From positions 15,963-79,962 of IMG/VR virus record IMGVR_UViG_3300027704_000015: DNA of 64,000 nucleotides. One strand, given 5' to 3'. A program made the position numbers and the translations under genes. This DNA is from a virus. Below, piece by piece: positions 58,301 through 64,000 of the stretch. The notes under the pieces are model-generated. The model was not told the origin of the DNA, made no database searches, and was given only the letters and a program-made list of their open reading frames with translations. Positions within the stretch are counted from its first letter, which is position 1. Every line of letters begins with the position of its first letter.

Positions 58301-59849
58301 TGGGTTAAACTCAACTTCAGCATCTAATATTATAGAGAGTCAACATCCAAATCAGATTACTCGAACTCATTGGGACACATTAAAAACATTTAATGTTTCT
58401 GGGACTGCTTTTAATTTTCCTAATAAACCTACATATGGATTTACAGAAGGTTATAGCTATATTGATACTCCTGAGCTCGGACCAAACAATTATACTAGTA
58501 ATAAAGTACGAGTTGAAGAAAATAAGCTTATACGTCATCTAAGCAGTGAAGCTCGAGCAGAAGCACCTAGCTCAGATAAGTATGCGTTAGATAGTAATAA
58601 GCTAGGAATTTATTTCTCACCTACTGATCAAGTAAACAGTGATTTATTTAATCATATTGGTGGTCAACAATTAGATAATTTTATTGGTAATCCAAGAGAA
58701 GCGTATACAGATAGGTATGAAGAGTTAGCAATAATAAATAATAAGTACTGGAACAAGTATACTAGAGATACTAGTAAATCAGTTTACTTAAATGAATTAA
58801 AGCAGTATGATATGTCAATGTTTACTCTTATAAAGCGTTATCTACCAGCAAGAGCTAATGCTGACTTAGGAGTTATAATTGAACCACACTTTATAGAACG
58901 ATCTAAAATACGTAGTAGAGGAAAGCTATCAATATCAGGAGATACTAAGGCACAAAATATAGCTTTAGATGCTAAATCGTTTACACGAGCACAAGCTCCT
59001 ACAGATATAAGCTGTGGTAAACCTGAAGTTGCTCAAGCAGGTTTTGCACTTGAACCACAGACTACAACAGGAGCAGTAGCTCCTAAAACCGCCGGAGGTA
59101 ATTCAGTATTAAAATTATCGAGTGCACCTCAACAGTTTGTTCAAACATCTCCAACGCATACCCCTAACACTACTGCATATCAAACAGTTTTAGTTAACGA
59201 TAGTAATAGACCATTTATTTTACTAAGCTCCCAGACTGCACAGTCACAAGGGGTAGGAAATCAAATTAATCAAAGTAACGCTAGTAGTGTTGTATCTCAT
59301 CAAGTTAATTCCCCGCTAGCTGATATAGGTGGAACTATTACAGTTGGTAATCAAGTATTAGGTACACCGTATTCATTTAAAAGCTTATTCAAATCCGGAA
59401 GTGGAGCAGCTACCAAGTACATTGTAGTAGCTACACCTGATTATAAAGTTTCAGCTAGTATAAAGCATGTATGTGATTATACTAAATCTGAACTCAGAAT
59501 GGTAAATACATATCACTACTACTCTGCTAGTGTAGAATATAAAGCAGGAGATGTAAACCATGGTTCAGCTAAACGTGCACATGCAGCAAGAAGTGCTTCG
59601 TTTGGTAAACCGTACGAAGATGGTGGCTCAGTTAATAGATTTGCATACAGTAAATCGTTAAAGGAAGCTCAGGTAAGTGATTTTAATATAGATAACAGAA
59701 ATTATAAAGGTACTCAAATTAGTGCTATTGATTTTAATATAGCAGCGGCTGACGGATCAGGTGAACCAGTAGTATCTTTCACAATAGGTGATCCAAATCA
59801 GATTATAAGTAGTGATCCATCTTTTGGTGGTAATATAAAAATAGAATAA
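55356..59849 (+). CDS. Large baseplate/tail structural protein
   Basis: 1497 aa; LPFLLKAKGT..GI..ILNCYGIP resembles the phage tail protein I/gp7-like wedge motif; LamG-like segment. Confidence 0.65.
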   Translation: MPLDNYINNSDILISAGELRAQYYEDNDLSLLNPINGYMQDPPFGTSDFDRIEMHIYDLNSQLLKSNHKVEGWSLSTDTDGAPQIDLNINKDLRDLGLERGVFSAVYNFHRDAAGAPMGPKFKISKISKSRKEVRLVATDLFDEDVNDELLETFYSRFQKLKVTSNVQAPYNVAAIPNNPLWTNITANFGFNRNYQVVSWVIDDIFPLQGDQPETILLKLLNPLPLNITTDQIGWLSAEAARPSINRIQLDSGIEILGTNIAGPNFDLCLDETARLQTGYKNYNELLGSDSDVKSDLINNYSGSLDGVRLNIDYSVIENFVHFSSAEARVNNFIYKLRKIRGFDTQARKYDYSEYPASDIYIYEYTGSHGSKYVKKYQKKWVDKKVKLINEFDDFEKWLYFESGSKSKYIISSGSRGGGTLDWSRSALQPFPKLSGSYKNDLWTEDYLEWNLDQIFDWAVHSVFIPGPNYELLNLTSSKVSNWQTETLSSASQFDKWNPNLLQKTVPQYLSDTGKSSNETYLRFLDLVGQSHDVSWTYTKYFTQLNSRLQNSNFENRVGLSDDIVYHIGKSYGINLLDGDPNQDLWYYRLGQGDNGHVIQNNPTSSIKTLTSKQRTAEVWKRLVNNLPFLLKAKGTEAGIRGILNCYGIPEHILPINEYGSSKKSEQVTRYKEHQFRYCLNFNSQSIATNWGPHAQMVDAAKSVRFNVGGSDIVEAVTPDAVEFRAWPNTLPQSINNRDASFSQSLWQVNNDMGIVLHRSHSSTRRRDGSGRIQGLTDFGHFELVMSQSRASSTAATVGDGYVKVQTGKAKIFESTNKKEDNTGWWTILLNRKASTNYHSSSLFEYELTAMRAGYGDIDQTVSASLFVTASSKDSDAGFYSSSINNAWSGSLNNSTRAYLGGFVTSSNPDSYRESMNTAFGDPFNGSLQELRYYANPINQKTLKNHTLAPEMYSTNTGTETFTELLLQLKLDTKINHWSGSAGLNSTSASNIIESQHPNQITRTHWDTLKTFNVSGTAFNFPNKPTYGFTEGYSYIDTPELGPNNYTSNKVRVEENKLIRHLSSEARAEAPSSDKYALDSNKLGIYFSPTDQVNSDLFNHIGGQQLDNFIGNPREAYTDRYEELAIINNKYWNKYTRDTSKSVYLNELKQYDMSMFTLIKRYLPARANADLGVIIEPHFIERSKIRSRGKLSISGDTKAQNIALDAKSFTRAQAPTDISCGKPEVAQAGFALEPQTTTGAVAPKTAGGNSVLKLSSAPQQFVQTSPTHTPNTTAYQTVLVNDSNRPFILLSSQTAQSQGVGNQINQSNASSVVSHQVNSPLADIGGTITVGNQVLGTPYSFKSLFKSGSGAATKYIVVATPDYKVSASIKHVCDYTKSELRMVNTYHYYSASVEYKAGDVNHGSAKRAHAARSASFGKPYEDGGSVNRFAYSKSLKEAQVSDFNIDNRNYKGTQISAIDFNIAAADGSGEPVVSFTIGDPNQIISSDPSFGGNIKIE

Positions 59850-59911
59850 TAACTGATTTATTTACATTCACCATATTTATATGTAGATAAATTATATAGA
59901 GGGATAAAAAC

Positions 59912-60580
59912 ATGGGATATTTAGATAACACATCTATAACAATCGACGCTATCTTAACTAAGAAAGGTAGAGAAATTTTAGCTAAAGGAGCTGAGGATTT
60001 CAAAATAACACAATTCGCATTAGCTGATGATGAAGTAGACTATGGATTATGGAATCCAGCTCATTCTCTAGGAACTAATTTTTATGGAATAGCTATTGAT
60101 AATATGCCTCTAATAGAAGCAATTCCTGACGAAACACAGACGATGAAGTATAAATTAGTATCATTAAGAAAAAGTACTACACGTATACCAGTTATAACAG
60201 TACCACAATCATCAGTTACATTAGTAGCGGGAGGTGATGCAGTAGAAATTAAACCAAATACATCTAACTTTGAAGGTGGTAACTCGACACTAGGGTATAC
60301 AGCAATCTTAAGTAATTCAGATGTAGCTTTTCTAGAAGTTAGTTCTCCAGTTAAGAGTTTATTAATGCAAGGTGCTACTATACCTACTTTTGTTGGAGAT
60401 GATGAATCTGCTCAATCAGTAACTGCAGTTGGATTTAGTTTCCGAGTAGTTGCTAAAAATCAACCAATAGAAAATAAAACCGCTACATTAACTATTATAG
60501 GTAATGAGACAGGTGGACGTGCAACTGTTACTGTTTCAGTTAACAAACAACAGGTAGCTACATCAGGTGGTAATTTATAA
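59912..60580 (+). CDS. Structural protein (baseplate/fibre attachment-like)
   Basis: MGYLDN..ITIDAILTKKGRE.LA...FALADDEVDY. Confidence 0.6.
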   Translation: MGYLDNTSITIDAILTKKGREILAKGAEDFKITQFALADDEVDYGLWNPAHSLGTNFYGIAIDNMPLIEAIPDETQTMKYKLVSLRKSTTRIPVITVPQSSVTLVAGGDAVEIKPNTSNFEGGNSTLGYTAILSNSDVAFLEVSSPVKSLLMQGATIPTFVGDDESAQSVTAVGFSFRVVAKNQPIENKTATLTIIGNETGGRATVTVSVNKQQVATSGGNL

Positions 60581-60594
60581 AATAGGGAAACAAT

Positions 60595-61878
60595 ATGGCT
60601 AACGGCAGAAAATCAAAAGCACAGATAGAAAAAGAACTTTCAGAAATTGAAGCGATTAAAAATCAGCTCAATGAAGAGAAGAGGCAGGCCGATGGATTAC
60701 CATCAACTGCAGATTCAGCAAGAGGAGCAATAGTACGTGAAGCTCAAAAAATAGCTAATCAAATAGTTAGAGAGAGAGACGCATTATCTCAAAAAACTAC
60801 AACTGGTAAAATTTACTCAAGGTTAGACCCAGGAAATGATGTTATAGCAAATAGAAAAGAAAAGGTTACTGCAGGACTATGGAGTAACGGAACAGGTGAG
60901 CTAGCTACATTTCATAAAGATGCAACTCAAACAGGTTCTAATAGTGGTAAATATTATTGGAATGTTTATAATAGTTCATCAACTGCAGTAGGCTCAGCAG
61001 TTCAGTTCGCAGTTGCGTATGGCCACAAGCAAGGTAGTGGTAGTTTATTATCTAATGAAGATTTTCCTACTAAAGCAATATATACTCAATACGCTAATTT
61101 GGTTTTACCTCCTGGTGATACTACATTTACCTTTGACGGCTCAGTTAATGAGAATCATATATATGCACTAAACATTCAGAGAGCTAGACTTAAAGAAAAA
61201 TTAGATCCAGGTAACTGGGAACTATGTTTAAGTGGAAGTCATGCTACTGGAGAGGACGGGCTAGCTAACTTTCAGACAAATACAATTACTAAACTTATTG
61301 ATAATAGTGGTGGAGCAAACGCGACTATACGAGATGGTTTAAGGGTTTATAGTGTAGTTAGTGGAACAATAGCTCAAGGTGAATTAACTACTGATACGTC
61401 TGCTACTGTACAGAACGGATACGGTAAAGGTGGGTATGGATTGGTTTATCCTGATTTAGGGATAGTTGTTCTTAACGCTGGTAGGTTAAAGCAGAGAGGG
61501 GTTAGACCTGCAGGAACAATGACTGCATCTAATACAAATAATAATTTTAACTCAGCCATATTTACTGCAATATCAGGAGCTGCAGTATATAATTCTTCAT
61601 ATGGATTCCAAGCAAGAAGTGAAGAAGAAGTTACTTCAACTTTTTATTATATACGTGTTAAAAACGCTGACTATAATTTTAGTAATAATCCAACCTTTAC
61701 AACTGGATCTTTAGGAGCATTACAGCACGCTTCAATGATAAAAGATCCTAAAGTATATATCACTACAGTTGGTATGTATAACGATAAACAAGAGCTTTTA
61801 GCAACTGCTAAATTAAGTAAACCATTATTAAAATCTTTTGACCGAGAAGCCTTAATTAAAGTAAAACTTGATTTTTAA
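60595..61878 (+). CDS. Structural protein of the tail module
   Basis: C-terminal YITTVGMYND..ELLATAKLSKP..K......KVKLDF. Confidence 0.65.
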   Translation: MANGRKSKAQIEKELSEIEAIKNQLNEEKRQADGLPSTADSARGAIVREAQKIANQIVRERDALSQKTTTGKIYSRLDPGNDVIANRKEKVTAGLWSNGTGELATFHKDATQTGSNSGKYYWNVYNSSSTAVGSAVQFAVAYGHKQGSGSLLSNEDFPTKAIYTQYANLVLPPGDTTFTFDGSVNENHIYALNIQRARLKEKLDPGNWELCLSGSHATGEDGLANFQTNTITKLIDNSGGANATIRDGLRVYSVVSGTIAQGELTTDTSATVQNGYGKGGYGLVYPDLGIVVLNAGRLKQRGVRPAGTMTASNTNNNFNSAIFTAISGAAVYNSSYGFQARSEEEVTSTFYYIRVKNADYNFSNNPTFTTGSLGALQHASMIKDPKVYITTVGMYNDKQELLATAKLSKPLLKSFDREALIKVKLDF

Positions 61879-61908
61879 GACAACTAGTTGAAAATATACC
61901 GATTATAT

Positions 61909-61940
61909 AAACCCTTTATATTTATTATAGAGGGTTTTAT
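61909..61940 (+). terminator. Hairpin/terminator with a TATTTAT candidate late promoter in the loop
   Basis: AAACCCTTTATA-TTTAT-TATAGAGGGTTT. Confidence 0.6.
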
Positions 61941-61959
61941 ATATAAAAGCTAATAATAT

Positions 61960-64000
61960 ATGTCAGTATTTAAAAAAATAGACGCTAACGATATCTCTAT
62001 TACACCATTTAATGTGCATAAAGAGTATAATGTTACAATGCACAACTATTCCGGTAGTAATTGTGGGTTAGGCGTACAAATTCTATCCGCTAATTTTCGC
62101 TCAGCAAGTTTTGGTGATCCTATTAGAGGTAGGGATATAAACAGTGAACCTAGAAATCCGAATAATACGTATAAGTCAATAATATATGATAGTATAAATC
62201 ATTTATATTATCAGAGAGTTGATAAACCTAGTGAAAATTTTGGAGGTAATAACCCAGAGTTAGAAACGAGGTTTTTAAGCGAAAAAGCGCACGTGATTTC
62301 TGTGCCATCTACTGTATTTGATCTTAAAATTAAATCTGGCTCAATTAACTTTACTGATAAGTATATAGACTCACTGGAGATATCTTATGAAAGGGGTATA
62401 GATAGTGAGTCAAATAATACTATTTATAAATACCCGGTACTGTTAGCTAATAGATTTGCATTTGAATCAAGTCAAAGTATGTACGCTGACAGTGAAGTTG
62501 CAAATTTCTCAGGAGTACCTGATACCTCGTTAGAAGATGCAAGAGCTGTAGATGCGCCTCAAGTAATGGTGGTAACTGGCTCTGGTGCTGGTTATGTAGG
62601 TACCGGTAGCATGCTATTTAAAGTATCATCAGTAGATAGTATCACACTAGGGAGTGGAGAGGTAGTCCATCATAATGTTGGTAATGGTTTGTTATTAAAA
62701 GCAGCTTCTCAATTTAAAGGAATTACAAAACAAAATTGGTGGACAAACATTGCAGCAAGTAAGGAAAAGCATGGTATGCCTGTGTATAATGTAACTATGT
62801 GGGTAAAACCACCCGATCCTAGTTTAATGCCAAACGGGGTTACTGGAGCGCCAGGTCAATCACATTTACTGACTCGAGATAAAAATGCATATTTTGAGTT
62901 AAACATACTAACCAGCTCTCTTAAAAGTAATACATATAACCCGAAAGGTTTATTACCCTTGCAGATGTTTTTTGGAGCTACAAAAGATAATTGTACAACT
63001 TCAGAAAGTAGAGATGTATTAAATAGCGGGTTTGGTTTAGCAACCGGTTCTTGGAACCTAGTAAACATACAGCAAGAGTTTTGGCCCGGGGATCACGCAT
63101 TCAAAGGAACTTCAGGATCATTTACTGATGAATTACCGCCATGGGGACACTCTCCAGCTAAAACTACCCTCAGAATTTATAGACCAGATCCAGTGAGTAA
63201 TAATGGATTTACGTATATTAAAAAAGTGGGGTATGCAACTGCTAGTTTAGCACAGCCTAGGTGGGATAATCAATTATATCGATCAGTAACTAGCTCTATT
63301 CAATATTCTAGAAACTTATATATAGGAGCTTCAGGCTCACGACCACAGGGAGCAGCTGATAATAATTCAACTAGTACAACTTTACGAGGAGCATTTACTG
63401 GATCTATCGATGATATAAGATTTTATGAATCAATCCTAACAGATACACATTTAGAAAACCTTGCTTTTAATCCTAAAATGGATTTAAGACGTACACCCCC
63501 TATAACTGCATCATTTAACCTCAAGGATGATGGCTTCGGCAACCTAATTGATACAGCCATACCTACAAAGAGCATTATTAGTTCAGATAATTTAGTTGGG
63601 TATTATGGGTTCAATGAGCTATTTACAGTAAAAAATCAAACTAGTGCATCGCATGATGTACACATGCACGATGGTTTAGGTAAGACTACTATACTAGACT
63701 TTAGTAAAAATAAAAATCATGGTGTATCAGATAAAGTTAAATATATACCTGGTATAGTTGTACAAAATCAAAGCGGTTCAGTAAGGAGTGCAGATTCTAT
63801 TAATTATTATCAAACCAACGTAGCTTCAGGTATAAGAGCTAACTTTAATAATAGTGGTAGTATAAAGATACCTCATATACACGATCTAAATTTAGATAAC
63901 GATGATGGGTTCTCTATCTCATTCTGGATTAAAATACCAGAAAATCAGGTACCAGGTGTTAACACAATAATCGGATCTATGCCATACACAACAACCGGTA
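61960..64000 (+). CDS. LamG/concanavalin A-like domain structural protein (3'-truncated, not in track)
   Basis: ATG at 61960; in-frame FTGSIDDIRFYESILT, LVGYYGFNE and FSISFWIK motifs; no stop seen before the window end. Confidence 0.75.
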   Translation, partial: MSVFKKIDANDISITPFNVHKEYNVTMHNYSGSNCGLGVQILSANFRSASFGDPIRGRDINSEPRNPNNTYKSIIYDSINHLYYQRVDKPSENFGGNNPELETRFLSEKAHVISVPSTVFDLKIKSGSINFTDKYIDSLEISYERGIDSESNNTIYKYPVLLANRFAFESSQSMYADSEVANFSGVPDTSLEDARAVDAPQVMVVTGSGAGYVGTGSMLFKVSSVDSITLGSGEVVHHNVGNGLLLKAASQFKGITKQNWWTNIAASKEKHGMPVYNVTMWVKPPDPSLMPNGVTGAPGQSHLLTRDKNAYFELNILTSSLKSNTYNPKGLLPLQMFFGATKDNCTTSESRDVLNSGFGLATGSWNLVNIQQEFWPGDHAFKGTSGSFTDELPPWGHSPAKTTLRIYRPDPVSNNGFTYIKKVGYATASLAQPRWDNQLYRSVTSSIQYSRNLYIGASGSRPQGAADNNSTSTTLRGAFTGSIDDIRFYESILTDTHLENLAFNPKMDLRRTPPITASFNLKDDGFGNLIDTAIPTKSIISSDNLVGYYGFNELFTVKNQTSASHDVHMHDGLGKTTILDFSKNKNHGVSDKVKYIPGIVVQNQSGSVRSADSINYYQTNVASGIRANFNNSGSIKIPHIHDLNLDNDDGFSISFWIKIPENQVPGVNTIIGSMPYTTTG

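Noticed and set aside
47913-64000. Bacterial eCIS/T6SS locus
   Set aside because: The surrounding gp55-like sigma, dense small ORFs, single-strand organisation and lack of housekeeping genes indicate a phage.

Overview
This window is part of a large, AT-rich, lytic myovirus-like (jumbo-type) phage genome. All credible genes are on the + strand. The host is most likely an aquatic Bacteroidota (Flavobacteriales-like): about 20 copies of a TTG-N20-TAnnTTT(A) promoter resemble the Bacteroidota sigma-A -33/-7 consensus, several proteins carry T9SS sorting domains, and DUF4494-like and Hc1-like genes are present. Layout: 1-18.8 kb holds secreted/T9SS cargo, membrane proteins, fibre-like proteins, an M23 peptidase and an HNH protein. 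18.8-47.5 kb holds early/middle accessory genes: MoxR AAA plus vWA partner, NT5C, UvsE, carbamoyltransferase, glycosyltransferase, Hsp20, ClpP, an HD protein and a gp55-like sigma factor. 47.5-64 kb is a baseplate/tail module (gp5-like, gp25-like, baseplate J/gp6-like, LamG protein). The best finding is a circularly permuted (two-piece) tmRNA gene at about 38781-39063, with a G3:U70 acceptor stem and the tag (A)GEHVEMAMAA. It lies in a region that also encodes ClpP, Hsp20 and three UVR-motif proteins. Other notable items are an unannotated ~370-nt multibranch RNA with a kissing-loop candidate (20757-21120), a second promoter-driven structured RNA (32188-32400), phage-encoded T9SS type A and type B cargo, and long-range 5'UTR-3'UTR pairing around some genes. 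All family assignments come from motif recognition by eye; no searches were run.
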